From: Escherichia coli
Lineage (GTDB): Bacteria; Pseudomonadota; Gammaproteobacteria; Enterobacterales; Enterobacteriaceae
Assembly: GCF_003334815.1 (NCBI RefSeq)
Contig: NZ_QOWO01000020.1
DNA length: 64,000 nucleotides
Reading direction: 5' to 3' (one strand)
Numbering within the stretch: the stretch's first letter is position 1; every line of letters starts with the position of its first letter. The notes under the pieces were generated by a model. That model saw only the letters and a program-made list of their open reading frames with translations. It ran no database searches and was not told the DNA's origin. This document shows, one piece after another, positions 1 through 10,993 of this stretch. The translations under genes and the position numbers were made by a program.

Positions 1-1855
1 GGTCGACAAAGTCGTCGTGTTTCTTCTGCTCGTCGGTTGACGTTTTGGCGTTAAACGAGATAACCGGCAACAGCTCCTCGGTATTGGAGAACATTTTCTT
101 CTCGATGACCGTGCGCAGTTTTTCATAGCTGGTCCAGTTCGGATTGCGTCCGCTGTTATTCGCTCTGGCGCGCAGTACGAAGTTAACAATCTCGTTGCGG
201 AAATCTTTTGGATTACTGATCCCCGCCGGTTTCTCGATTTTCTCCAGCTCGGCGTTAAGAGACTCGCGGTCAAACAGCTGCCCGGTATCCGGATCGCGAT
301 ACTCCTGATCCTGAATCCAGAAATCCGCGTAGGTAACATAACGGTCGAAAATGTTTTGCCCATATTCGGAATAGGATTCAAGGTAGGCCGTCTGGATCTC
401 TTTGCCGATAAACTCGGCATATTTCGGGATCAGATAACCTTTCAGGAACTCCAGATAGCGTTCTGCCTGCTCTTGTGGGAACTGCTCGCGCTCAATCTGC
501 TGTTCCAGGACGTAGAACAGATGGACCGGGTTTGCTGCCACTTCTACATGATCGAAGTTGAACACGCGGGAGAGGATCTTAAACGCAAAACGCGTCGACA
601 GACCGTTCATCCCTTCATCGACACCGGCGTAGTCACGATATTCCTGATACGACTTGGCTTTGGGATCGGTGTCTTTCAGACTTTCGCCATCATAAACCCG
701 CATCTTTGAATAAATGCTGGAGTTTTCTGGCTCTTTCAGGCGCGAAAGAATGGAAAAACGTGACAGTGTTTCGAGCGTGCCAGGGGCGCATGGGGCGTGA
801 GTCAATTCACTGTGATTAAGCAATTTCTCGTAGATTTTGATCTCTTCGGAAATGCGCAAGCAATACGGCACCTTCACGATGTAAACACGATCGAGGAAGG
901 CTTCGTTGTTTTTGTTATTACGGAAAGTGACCCATTCGGACTCGTTCGAGTGTGCGAGAATAATCCCGTTGAACGGCAGGGCGGAGATACCTTCCGTCCC
1001 GTTGTAGTTACCTTCCTGAGTGGCGGTTAACAAGGGATGCAGCACTTTAATCGGTGCTTTAAACATCTCAACGAATTCCATGATCCCCTGATTGGCGCGG
1101 CACAGCGCACCGGAATAGCCGTAGGCGTCCGGGTCATTCTGCGCGTAGTGTTCGAGTTTACGAATATCGACTTTCCCAACCAGCGCGGAGATGTCCTGGT
1201 TGTTCTCATCGCCGGGTTCCGTTTTGGCGATAGCAATTTGTTGCAGAATTGACGGCCAGACCTTCACTACCCGGAACTTAGTGATATCGCCACCAAATTC
1301 ATGCAGGCGTTTTGCCGCCCACGGCGACATGATGGTGCCGAGATAACGGCGAGGAATGCCATACTCTTTTTCCAGAATCTGCGCATCTTCCTGCGGATTG
1401 AAAAGACAGAACGGATGATCGTTGACCGGGCTACGCTCACCGTTCGCGCTCAATACATAAATCGGTACGAGCTGCATTAATGATTTCAGTCGCTCAGCAA
1501 GCGATGATTTACCCCCACCCACAGGCCCCAGCAGATACAGGATTTGTTTCTTCTCTTCCAGCCCCTGAGCCGCGTGTTTCAGATAAGAGACAATCTGTTC
1601 AATCGCGTCTTCCATGCCGTAAAACTCTTCAAACGCCGGATAACGTGCAATGACCCGGTTAGAAAAGAGTCGAGAAAGTCTGGGTTCCTGGGCTGTATCG
1701 ACCATGACAGGCTCACCGATAGCCATCAATAGCCGCTCAGCCGCGTTGGCATAAGCACTGCGATCTTGCCGACAAGTGGTAAGAAACTCCTGCAGTGTGA
1801 ACTCTTCGTCCTTGGCAGCTTCATATCGCTGGCGATAGTGATCGAATATATTCAT
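1..1855 (-). CDS. yeaG: PrkA-family serine protein kinase YeaG, truncated at window edge (C-terminal ~26 codons missing)
   Basis: Minus-strand frame translates to MNIFDHYRQRYEAAKDEEF at 1855 and to ...SFNAKTSTDEQKKHDDFVD at the window start, matching YeaG. Not in the ORF track because it has no stop inside the window. Confidence 0.9.
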   Translation of the reverse strand, partial: MNIFDHYRQRYEAAKDEEFTLQEFLTTCRQDRSAYANAAERLLMAIGEPVMVDTAQEPRLSRLFSNRVIARYPAFEEFYGMEDAIEQIVSYLKHAAQGLEEKKQILYLLGPVGGGKSSLAERLKSLMQLVPIYVLSANGERSPVNDHPFCLFNPQEDAQILEKEYGIPRRYLGTIMSPWAAKRLHEFGGDITKFRVVKVWPSILQQIAIAKTEPGDENNQDISALVGKVDIRKLEHYAQNDPDAYGYSGALCRANQGIMEFVEMFKAPIKVLHPLLTATQEGNYNGTEGISALPFNGIILAHSNESEWVTFRNNKNNEAFLDRVYIVKVPYCLRISEEIKIYEKLLNHSELTHAPCAPGTLETLSRFSILSRLKEPENSSIYSKMRVYDGESLKDTDPKAKSYQEYRDYAGVDEGMNGLSTRFAFKILSRVFNFDHVEVAANPVHLFYVLEQQIEREQFPQEQAERYLEFLKGYLIPKYAEFIGKEIQTAYLESYSEYGQNIFDRYVTYADFWIQDQEYRDPDTGQLFDRESLNAELEKIEKPAGISNPKDFRNEIVNFVLRARANNSGRNPNWTSYEKLRTVIEKKMFSNTEELLPVISFNAKTSTDEQKKHDDFVD

Positions 1856-2290
1856 GGTATGCCGTCCTTTCGTTTTTTAGCACAGGTTAAGAGCCGTTCA
1901 TATGAATAGTAGAGGCTCCCGGAAGAGGTAAACTGAACGACGTCTCTTGCTAAAACACAGCAACTCTCATGCCATTTTATCGACGATGAGAACAACGTGC
2001 CCGGTGATACACCTTCAAAATTAAGCGTAGATGGCAAATGGAAAACTTGCCTGCACGGCTTTCTTAATTTCAATGGCATATCAACAACTCATCCATAAAT
2101 TTTGCATAATTAATGTAAAGACCAGGCTCGCCAGTAACGCTAAATTCATTTGGCTGTAAGCGCGGTGTCATCCGCGTCAGGAAAATTAAACAGTTACTTT
2201 AAAAAATGAAAACGTAAAAAGGTTGGGTTTCGATGTATTGACGGGTAAACTTTGTCGCCCGCTAAACATTTGTTTAAGGAATGATTAATT

Positions 2291-3037
2291 GTGACCAAAC
2301 TCAAACTTCTGGCACTTGGAGTGCTTATCGCAACGTCTGCAGGCGTAGCGCACGCTGAAGGTAAATTTTCCCTGGGCGCAGGCGTAGGTGTCGTTGAACA
2401 CCCATATAAAGATTACGATACCGATGTTTACCCAGTACCGGTAATCAACTATGAAGGCGATAACTTCTGGTTCCGTGGCTTAGGTGGTGGTTACTACCTG
2501 TGGAATGACGCAACGGATAAACTTTCAATTACCGCTTACTGGTCGCCGCTTTACTTCAAAGCGAAAGACAGTGGCGATCACCAAATGCGTCACCTGGATG
2601 ACCGTAAGAGCACCATGATGGCTGGTCTGTCTTATGCTCACTTTACCCAGTACGGTTACCTGCGTACCACCCTGGCTGGCGATACCCTGGATAACAGCAA
2701 CGGCATCGTCTGGGATATGGCCTGGTTGTATCGTTACACCAACGGTGGCCTGACCGTGACTCCGGGTATTGGTGTGCAGTGGAACAGCGAAAACCAGAAC
2801 GAATACTATTATGGCGTATCGCGCAAAGAGTCCGCTCGCAGCGGTCTGCGTGGCTATAACCCGAACGACAGCTGGAGCCCTTACCTGGAGCTGAGCGCCA
2901 GCTACAACTTCCTCGGCGACTGGAGTGTTTACGGTACCGCACGCTACACCCGTCTGTCTGATGAAGTTACTGACAGCCCGATGGTGGATAAATCCTGGAC
3001 TGGCCTGATTTCTACCGGGATCACCTACAAATTCTGA
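2291..3037 (+). CDS. mipA: MltA-interacting outer membrane protein MipA (248 aa)
   Basis: ORF track 2291..3037. GTG start with AAGGA Shine-Dalgarno at 2275-2279. N-terminal signal peptide MTKLKLLALGVLIATSAGVAHA. Confidence 0.93.
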   Translation: MTKLKLLALGVLIATSAGVAHAEGKFSLGAGVGVVEHPYKDYDTDVYPVPVINYEGDNFWFRGLGGGYYLWNDATDKLSITAYWSPLYFKAKDSGDHQMRHLDDRKSTMMAGLSYAHFTQYGYLRTTLAGDTLDNSNGIVWDMAWLYRYTNGGLTVTPGIGVQWNSENQNEYYYGVSRKESARSGLRGYNPNDSWSPYLELSASYNFLGDWSVYGTARYTRLSDEVTDSPMVDKSWTGLISTGITYKF

Positions 3038-3067
3038 TAATGCATCTTTCCAGGGCATTTTGTGCAT

Positions 3068-3094
3068 AAAAACAGGGCGTCACGCCCTGTTTTG
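3068..3094 (+). terminator. intrinsic terminator downstream of mipA (palindromic, bidirectional-type)
   Basis: AAAACAGGGCG-TCA-CGCCCTGTTTT: 8-bp GC-rich stem at 3072-3079 / 3083-3090, followed by a T-tract. Confidence 0.8.
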
Positions 3095-3126
3095 CATTAC
3101 GGTGGTGCAATACCTGGGAGGAAACA

Positions 3127-3981
3127 ATGCAACAAAAAATGATTCAATTTAGTGGCGATGTCTCACTGCCAGCCGTAGGGCAGGGAACATGGTATATGGG
3201 CGAAGATGCCAGTCAGCGCAAAACAGAAGTTGCTGCACTACGCGCGGGCATTGAACTCGGTTTAACCCTCATTGATACCGCCGAAATGTATGCCGATGGC
3301 GGTGCCGAAAAGGTGGTTGGGGAAGCATTAACCGGTCTGCGAGAGAAGGTCTTTCTCGTCTCTAAAGTCTATCCGTGGAATGCTGGCGGGCAAAAAGCGA
3401 TAAATGCATGCGAAGCCAGTTTACGCCGTCTCAATACTGATTATCTCGATCTTTACTTATTACACTGGTCTGGCAGTTTCGCTTTTGAAGAGACTGTCGC
3501 AGCGATGGAAAAATTGATCGCCCAGGGAAAAATCCGCCGCTGGGGCGTTTCTAACCTTGATTATGCTGATATGCAGGAACTCTGGCAGCTGCCGGGGGGA
3601 AATCAGTGTGCCACTAATCAGGTGCTTTACCATCTCGGTTCACGAGGAATTGAGTACGATCTACTCCCCTGGTGCCAGCAACAGCAGATGCCGGTGATGG
3701 CTTACAGTCCGTTAGCCCAGGCCGGGCGGTTGCGCAATGGACTGTTAAAAAACGCGGTAGTCAACGAAATTGCACATGCTCACAATATCAGCGCGGCACA
3801 AGTATTGTTGGCGTGGGTGATCAGTCATCAGGGTGTGATGGCGATTCCAAAAGCGGCCACGATTGCCCATGTCCAACAAAATGCGGCTGTGCTTGAGGTC
3901 GAACTTTCTTCGGCGGAATTAGCTATGCTGGATAAGGCATATCCGGCACCAAAAGGAAAAACTGCGCTGGATATGGTGTGA
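3127..3981 (+). CDS. yeaE: aldo-keto reductase YeaE (284 aa)
   Basis: ORF track. ATG at 3127 preceded by GGGAGG. AKR family sequence. Confidence 0.92.
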   Translation: MQQKMIQFSGDVSLPAVGQGTWYMGEDASQRKTEVAALRAGIELGLTLIDTAEMYADGGAEKVVGEALTGLREKVFLVSKVYPWNAGGQKAINACEASLRRLNTDYLDLYLLHWSGSFAFEETVAAMEKLIAQGKIRRWGVSNLDYADMQELWQLPGGNQCATNQVLYHLGSRGIEYDLLPWCQQQQMPVMAYSPLAQAGRLRNGLLKNAVVNEIAHAHNISAAQVLLAWVISHQGVMAIPKAATIAHVQQNAAVLEVELSSAELAMLDKAYPAPKGKTALDMV

Positions 3982-4028
3982 TGTTGTGTGCCGGATGCAT
4001 TGCACCCGGCACACAACATTAACGTAAA

Positions 4029-4913
4029 TTAACGTTTCGCAACGCGAATGGATTGCGCCAGATGTGCAGGTTTCTCTTTGGTCACTTTTTGCGTTTCTGA
4101 AGCGTAAGCCGTTTCTACACAAACAAATGTTTTGTAGCCATCATCCGGCATATCGCCCATGCTAATTGAAAGCGCCGGTCCCGGGTTCCAGCCGACAACG
4201 TTCAGATGATGCTGGTGGCCTACGGCGATAATACGATTCAGCGCTTCATCATTAATCACGCTGCAATCTTGTGGATTCAGATACACGCGATCGGTACGGT
4301 CAGGGAAGGTCTGAATACCATCGGTCAGTACATTTTCTTTCGCGTCATTCACTTTATCAATGAAGCGATCGCCCAGCCCACTGACGCTTACCTTAGCGAT
4401 ATCACCCACGTTAAAGTAGGTATGCAGGGCAGAGGTGGTTTCAAATTCGCCATGTGATTCAAGATCGATTTCACAAGTTTTACCCACGCGGAAATGCGCT
4501 AACAGCGTAAAGTCGTGCGGCCAGAATTTTTTCGTCTCTTCGCTTTGCGTCAATTCAAAAGTCAGCGCTACGCCATCAGCATCTTCATGATGTGATTTCA
4601 GCGTCCACGGCAGGTTGCGGGCAAAACCGTGCGCAGGCAGACCTTGTTGTGCCGCCGGACCAAACCACGGCCAGCAAACCGGTACGCCACCGCGAATAGC
4701 GACGCCATTTTTGAACGGTGTGTTGTTGCTCAACCACAGAACTTCTTCTTCACCCGCAGGTTTCCACGAGAGAAGGTGTGCGCCCTGTAATGCAAAAGAG
4801 GCTTTTACCTGGGGATGATCGACCACAATGAGGTCCAGTTCATCCAGTTTACGACGGGAGAGGACAGGGGAGATTTGTTCGATGACCGGAAGGGCAAAAA
4901 TTTTCTTAATCAT
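4029..4913 (-). CDS. yeaD: putative glucose-6-phosphate 1-epimerase YeaD (294 aa)
   Basis: ORF track 4029..4934 trimmed to the internal ATG at 4913 (MIKKIFALPV...), which has an AAGGA Shine-Dalgarno 5-8 nt upstream. Aldose 1-epimerase-like sequence. Confidence 0.88.
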   Translation of the reverse strand: MIKKIFALPVIEQISPVLSRRKLDELDLIVVDHPQVKASFALQGAHLLSWKPAGEEEVLWLSNNTPFKNGVAIRGGVPVCWPWFGPAAQQGLPAHGFARNLPWTLKSHHEDADGVALTFELTQSEETKKFWPHDFTLLAHFRVGKTCEIDLESHGEFETTSALHTYFNVGDIAKVSVSGLGDRFIDKVNDAKENVLTDGIQTFPDRTDRVYLNPQDCSVINDEALNRIIAVGHQHHLNVVGWNPGPALSISMGDMPDDGYKTFVCVETAYASETQKVTKEKPAHLAQSIRVAKR

Positions 4914-4943
4914 GACGCAGTCCTTTAACTTCATTTTATCAGG

Positions 4944-4976
4944 TAAAAAAAAGAGCGACCGAAGTCGCTCTTTTTA
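4944..4976 (-). terminator. intrinsic terminator downstream of gapA
   Basis: A-tract, then stem AGAGCGAC (4952-4959), loop CGAA, stem GTCGCTCT (4964-4971), then T-tract. Lies between the gapA stop (4997) and the yeaD start (4913). Confidence 0.8.
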
Positions 4977-4996
4977 GATCACAGTGTCATCTCAAC

Positions 4997-6004
<1,008 letters not shown>

Positions 6005-6333
6005 CTATTTGTTAGTGAATAAAAGGTTGCCTGTAAAATTACAAAAACCTTACGCAGCGTCAAGCGGAATCGTGTCAATCATTGCGACAAATCAATCCTG
6101 TGCCTAAGCATTACGCGACTGACTCGCCTCACTCTTCCTTTGGGCTTGAGACCACATGGGGTCGGCGCCCCGAATTTTAAAGGGCAATTACGATAAAAAT
6201 GTGATTTTCATCACGATTTAGGTGCAGCCATTTCGTCGAGATCAAGTTTAGGACAAAATTTTGCCAGTTGGTGTTAATGTTTTGTTAGAATCAGTCACGT
6301 AATGTGAGCACGATTAAAGTGAGATGTGAGCAA

Positions 6334-6747
6334 ATGGCTAATAAACCTTCGGCAGAAGAACTGAAAAAAAATTTGTCCGAGATGCAGTTTTACGTGACGC
6401 AGAATCATGGGACAGAGCCGCCATTTACGGGTCGTTTACTGCATAACAAGCGTGACGGCGTATATCACTGTTTGATCTGCGATGCCCCGCTGTTTCATTC
6501 CCAAACCAAGTATGATTCCGGCTGTGGCTGGCCCAGTTTCTACGAACCGGTAAGTGAAGAATCCATTCGTTATATCAAAGACTTGTCACATGGAATGCAG
6601 CGCATAGAAATTCGTTGCGGTAACTGTGATGCCCATCTGGGGCATGTCTTCCCCGACGGGCCGCAGCCAACGGGCGAACGTTATTGTGTTAACTCTGCCT
6701 CTTTACGCTTTACCGATGGCGAAAACGGCGAAGAAATCAACGGTTGA
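6334..6747 (+). CDS. msrB: peptide methionine-(R)-sulfoxide reductase MsrB (137 aa)
   Basis: ORF track 6304..6747 trimmed to ATG 6334 ([12 protein letters not shown]...). Contains CxxC zinc motifs and the SelR domain. Confidence 0.93.
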
Positions 6748-6788
6748 AAAAACGATTCAGCAACTTATTCCACAGGAGCGGAAAAATT

Positions 6789-7061
6789 ATGAATCTTGAT
6801 GACATTATCAACAGCATGATGCCTGAGGTATACCAGCGTTTGTCGACCGCCGTTGAACTGGGGAAATGGCCTGATGGCGTTGCGTTGACCGAGGAACAAA
6901 AAGAGAACTGCCTGCAACTGGTGATGCTGTGGCAAGCCCGCCATAATATCGAAGCACAGCATATGACAATTGACACAAATGGTCAGATGGTCATGAAGAG
7001 CAAACAGCAGTTAAAAGAAGATTTTGGTATCTCAGCAAAGCCTATTGCCATGTTTAAGTAA
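6789..7061 (+). CDS. yeaC: DUF1315 family protein YeaC (90 aa)
   Basis: ORF track 6744..7061 trimmed to ATG 6789 (MNLDDIINSMMPEV...) with GGAG 8 nt upstream. Begins after the msrB stop. Confidence 0.88.
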   Translation: MNLDDIINSMMPEVYQRLSTAVELGKWPDGVALTEEQKENCLQLVMLWQARHNIEAQHMTIDTNGQMVMKSKQQLKEDFGISAKPIAMFK

Positions 7062-7320
7062 GTGGTTCATCCCCTTTTTGCCTCGGCTATGAAGGGGATA
7101 GCCAACAATGACCCCACGACTCATCTCAATTATCTCGCCATGACCTGGCTAAGTCCCAGTCCGATCTCTTGCCGTCCCGTTCACACCTGAATGACTTCTC
7201 CTGAACTTAAGTCTCAGACCTATTTGGCCGGTAATCCCTCTCGAATTTGCTCTTTTTGCGCCCCGCCTTCCATCAACCTGTAACAGACCCAGCCATTTTC
7301 TGCGTAATTGTGATCTGAGT

Positions 7321-7352
7321 TGTAAAACGCAGATTATTATCTGTGTTTTACA
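7321..7352. promoter_or_regulatory. imperfect inverted repeat, candidate operator upstream of ydjL
   Basis: TGTAAAACGCAG (7321-7332), spacer ATTATTAT, CTGTGTTTTACA (7341-7352). The arms are reverse complements with one mismatch. Lies about 80-110 bp upstream of the ydjL ATG. Confidence 0.3.
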
Positions 7353-7430
7353 GATTTAATGTTGACCTCAAAAATCATGTGGGTAAGTATGATGGCCATC
7401 TAAGCAAAACTAAACACAGAGGATGACGCA

Positions 7431-8507
7431 ATGAAAGCACTGGCTCGGTTTGGCAAGGCCTTTGGCGGCTACAAGATGATTGATGTCCCACAACCCATGT
7501 GTGGCCCGGAAGATGTAGTGATTGAAATTAAAGCCGCGGCAATCTGCGGCGCAGACATGAAGCACTACAATGTCGATAGCGGTTCTGATGAGTTTAACTC
7601 TATCCGCGGCCATGAGTTCGCAGGTTGTATTGCGCAGGTTGGTGAAAAAGTCAAAGACTGGAAAGTGGGGCAACGCGTCGTATCGGATAACAGCGGTCAC
7701 GTTTGCGGTGTTTGTCCGGCCTGTGAACAAGGTGATTTTCTGTGTTGTACAGAAAAAGTAAACCTTGGTCTGGATAATAATACCTGGGGCGGTGGTTTTT
7801 CCAAATATTGTCTGGTTCCTGGTGAAATTCTCAAAATTCATCGTCATGCGTTGTGGGAAATCCCTGATGGTGTTGATTATGAGGACGCAGCCGTACTTGA
7901 CCCTATCTGTAATGCCTACAAATCCATCGCGCAGCAATCGAAATTCCTTCCTGGTCAGGATGTGGTCGTCATCGGCACTGGCCCACTCGGGCTGTTCTCC
8001 GTACAAATGGCGCGAATTATGGGGGCGGTAAATATCGTCGTCGTTGGTCTGCAAGAAGATGTGGCGGTCCGCTTCCCGGTTGCAAAAGAACTGGGTGCGA
8101 CGGCAGTAGTAAATGGTTCTACCGAAGATGTGGTGGCGCGCTGCCAGCAAATTTGTGGCAAAGACAATCTGGGACTGGTGATTGAATGCTCCGGTGCCAA
8201 TATCGCACTGAAACAAGCCATCGAAATGCTCCGCCCGAACGGGGAAGTGGTACGCGTTGGAATGGGCTTCAAACCTCTTGATTTCTCGATTAATGACATT
8301 ACCGCCTGGAACAAAAGCATCATTGGGCATATGGCCTATGACTCCACCTCATGGCGTAACGCTATCAGGCTATTAGCCAGCGGCGCTATCAAAGTCAAAC
8401 CGATGATCACGCATCGTATCGGCCTGTCGCAATGGCGCGAAGGGTTTGATGCGATGGTCGATAAAACCGCAATCAAAGTGATCATGACTTACGACTTTGA
8501 TGAATAA
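7431..8507 (+). CDS. ydjL: Zn-dependent alcohol/polyol dehydrogenase (MDR family) YdjL (358 aa)
   Basis: ORF track. ATG 7431 with AGAGGA Shine-Dalgarno. GHEFAG and Cys zinc-ligand motifs. Confidence 0.92.
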   Translation: MKALARFGKAFGGYKMIDVPQPMCGPEDVVIEIKAAAICGADMKHYNVDSGSDEFNSIRGHEFAGCIAQVGEKVKDWKVGQRVVSDNSGHVCGVCPACEQGDFLCCTEKVNLGLDNNTWGGGFSKYCLVPGEILKIHRHALWEIPDGVDYEDAAVLDPICNAYKSIAQQSKFLPGQDVVVIGTGPLGLFSVQMARIMGAVNIVVVGLQEDVAVRFPVAKELGATAVVNGSTEDVVARCQQICGKDNLGLVIECSGANIALKQAIEMLRPNGEVVRVGMGFKPLDFSINDITAWNKSIIGHMAYDSTSWRNAIRLLASGAIKVKPMITHRIGLSQWREGFDAMVDKTAIKVIMTYDFDE

Positions 8508-8533
8508 CCACTCTCCTGAAGGAACGTTATCGC

Positions 8534-9913
8534 ATGGAACAGATAACAAAACCGCATTGTGGTGCACGGCTGGATCGCTTACCGGATTGCCGCTGGCATT
8601 CATCAATGTTTGCCATCGTCGCGTTTGGCTTGCTTGTCTGCTGGAGTAATGCCGTTGGTGGCTTGATCCTCGCGCAGCTGAAAGCGTTGGGCTGGACAGA
8701 TAATTCCACCACAGCCACATTCTCAGCAATCACGACCGCCGGAATGTTTCTCGGTGCGCTGGTGGGCGGCATCATTGGCGACAAAACCGGTCGCAGAAAT
8801 GCGTTCATCCTCTATGAGGCCATTCATATTGCCTCGATGGTTGTCGGTGCTTTCTCACCGAATATGGATTTCCTTATTGCCTGCCGTTTTGTGATGGGAG
8901 TTGGGCTGGGAGCTTTACTGGTTACGCTGTTTGCTGGTTTCACCGAATATATGCCCGGTAGAAATCGTGGAACGTGGTCAAGTCGGGTTTCCTTTATTGG
9001 CAACTGGTCATATCCGCTCTGTTCATTGATAGCGATGGGACTCACGCCGCTGATTAGTGCAGAGTGGAACTGGCGGGTACAACTGCTTATCCCTGCAATA
9101 TTGTCGCTTATCGCTACGGCGCTGGCCTGGCGCTACTTTCCTGAATCCCCGCGCTGGCTGGAATCGCGCGGACGGTATCAGGAAGCCGAGAAAGTCATGC
9201 GGAGTATAGAAGAAGGCGTCATACGCCAGACGGGTAAACCTTTGCCGCCTGTGGTTATTGCTGATGACGGTAAAGCGCCACAAGCGGTGCCGTATTCAGC
9301 CTTACTGACAGGAGTATTACTGAAACGCGTGATATTAGGCTCTTGTGTGCTGATTGCCATGAACGTTGTGCAGTACACACTAATTAACTGGTTGCCAACA
9401 ATATTCATGACCCAGGGGATTAATTTAAAAGACTCGATTGTTTTAAATACCATGAGTATGTTTGGCGCACCATTTGGTATTTTTATTGCCATGCTGGTGA
9501 TGGATAAAATTCCGCGTAAAACAATGGGTGTGGGGCTATTAATCCTGATTGCGGTGCTCGGATATATCTATTCACTGCAAACCAGTATGTTGCTCATAAC
9601 GTTGATTGGTTTCTTCCTGATTACTTTCGTCTATATGTACGTTTGCTATGCCTCGGCAGTGTATGTCCCTGAAATCTGGCCGACAGAGGCCAAACTCCGT
9701 GGCTCCGGTCTGGCGAATGCGGTAGGGCGAATCAGTGGTATTGCCGCACCTTATGCCGTTGCAGTGCTGCTCAGTAGTTATGGCGTTACGGGAGTCTTTA
9801 TTCTTCTGGGGGCGGTTTCAATTATTGTCGCAATTGCTATCGCCACCATTGGAATCGAAACCAAAGGTGTCTCCGTTGAAAGTTTAAGTATTGATGCAGT
9901 AGCCAATAAATAA
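8534..9913 (+). CDS. ydjK: MFS transporter YdjK (459 aa)
   Basis: ORF track. Multi-pass hydrophobic protein with MFS signature (GxxxDKxGRR). Confidence 0.92.
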   Translation: MEQITKPHCGARLDRLPDCRWHSSMFAIVAFGLLVCWSNAVGGLILAQLKALGWTDNSTTATFSAITTAGMFLGALVGGIIGDKTGRRNAFILYEAIHIASMVVGAFSPNMDFLIACRFVMGVGLGALLVTLFAGFTEYMPGRNRGTWSSRVSFIGNWSYPLCSLIAMGLTPLISAEWNWRVQLLIPAILSLIATALAWRYFPESPRWLESRGRYQEAEKVMRSIEEGVIRQTGKPLPPVVIADDGKAPQAVPYSALLTGVLLKRVILGSCVLIAMNVVQYTLINWLPTIFMTQGINLKDSIVLNTMSMFGAPFGIFIAMLVMDKIPRKTMGVGLLILIAVLGYIYSLQTSMLLITLIGFFLITFVYMYVCYASAVYVPEIWPTEAKLRGSGLANAVGRISGIAAPYAVAVLLSSYGVTGVFILLGAVSIIVAIAIATIGIETKGVSVESLSIDAVANK

Positions 9914-9929
9914 TACGGGTGGATTCAAA

Positions 9930-10973
9930 ATGAAAAATTCAAAAGCAATATTGCAGGTGCCGGGCACAATGAAAATTATTTCAGCAGAAATACCAGTGCC
10001 TAAAGAAGATGAAGTTTTGATTAAAGTAGAATATGTCGGTATTTGTGGTTCAGATGTACATGGTTTTGAATCAGGCCCGTTTATTCCGCCTAAAGACCCA
10101 AATCAAGAAATTGGCCTGGGTCATGAATGCGCCGGGACGGTTGTGGCTGTGGGAAGCCGCGTGCGCAAATTTAAACCGGGGGATCGGGTAAATATCGAAC
10201 CTGGCGTTCCTTGCGGTCACTGTCGTTACTGTCTGGAAGGCAAATATAACATCTGCCCGGACGTTGATTTTATGGCGACACAACCCAACTACCGCGGCGC
10301 ATTAACGCACTATCTGTGTCATCCGGAGAGCTTTACTTACAAACTGCCCGACAATATGGACACGATGGAAGGGGCGCTGGTGGAGCCTGCCGCAGTCGGG
10401 ATGCATGCCGCGATGCTGGCAGATGTTAAACCGGGTAAGAAGATAATTATTCTGGGAGCAGGTTGTATTGGTTTGATGACGTTGCAAGCGTGCAAATGCC
10501 TGGGAGCAACGGAAATTGCCGTCGTTGATGTGCTGGAAAAACGTCTGGCAATGGCGGAACAGCTTGGTGCGACAGTGGTTATTAACGGCGCAAAAGAAGA
10601 CACTATTGCACGCTGTCAGCAATTTACCGAAGACATGGGCGCAGATATTGTTTTCGAAACAGCGGGTTCTGCGGTCACCGTTAAACAGGCACCTTATCTG
10701 GTAATGCGCGGCGGTAAAATTATGATTGTTGGTACTGTACCCGGCGATTCGGCAATCAATTTCCTCAAAATCAATCGCGAAGTCACTATCCAGACGGTAT
10801 TCCGCTATGCCAATCGTTATCCGGTCACGATTGAAGCTATTTCTTCAGGGCGATTCGATGTGAAATCGATGGTGACGCATATTTACGATTATCGGGATGT
10901 ACAACAGGCATTTGAAGAGTCAGTTAACAACAAACGCGACATTATTAAAGGCGTTATTAAAATTAGCGATTAA
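9930..10973 (+). CDS. ydjJ: Zn-dependent alcohol/polyol dehydrogenase YdjJ (347 aa)
   Basis: ORF track. ATG 9930 with GGTGGA Shine-Dalgarno. GHECAG zinc motif. Confidence 0.92.
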   Translation: MKNSKAILQVPGTMKIISAEIPVPKEDEVLIKVEYVGICGSDVHGFESGPFIPPKDPNQEIGLGHECAGTVVAVGSRVRKFKPGDRVNIEPGVPCGHCRYCLEGKYNICPDVDFMATQPNYRGALTHYLCHPESFTYKLPDNMDTMEGALVEPAAVGMHAAMLADVKPGKKIIILGAGCIGLMTLQACKCLGATEIAVVDVLEKRLAMAEQLGATVVINGAKEDTIARCQQFTEDMGADIVFETAGSAVTVKQAPYLVMRGGKIMIVGTVPGDSAINFLKINREVTIQTVFRYANRYPVTIEAISSGRFDVKSMVTHIYDYRDVQQAFEESVNNKRDIIKGVIKISD

Positions 10974-10993
10974 TTAATACGGGAGAACAGAAC

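Noticed and set aside
2525-3067. 180-aa and 99-aa minus-strand ORFs inside mipA
   Set aside because: Both are embedded in the mipA coding region on the opposite strand. The translations are Arg/Ser/Cys-rich nonsense typical of antisense frames.
7410-8330. 306-aa minus-strand ORF overlapping ydjL
   Set aside because: Antisense shadow ORF within a well-supported dehydrogenase gene. Low-complexity translation with no plausible start context.
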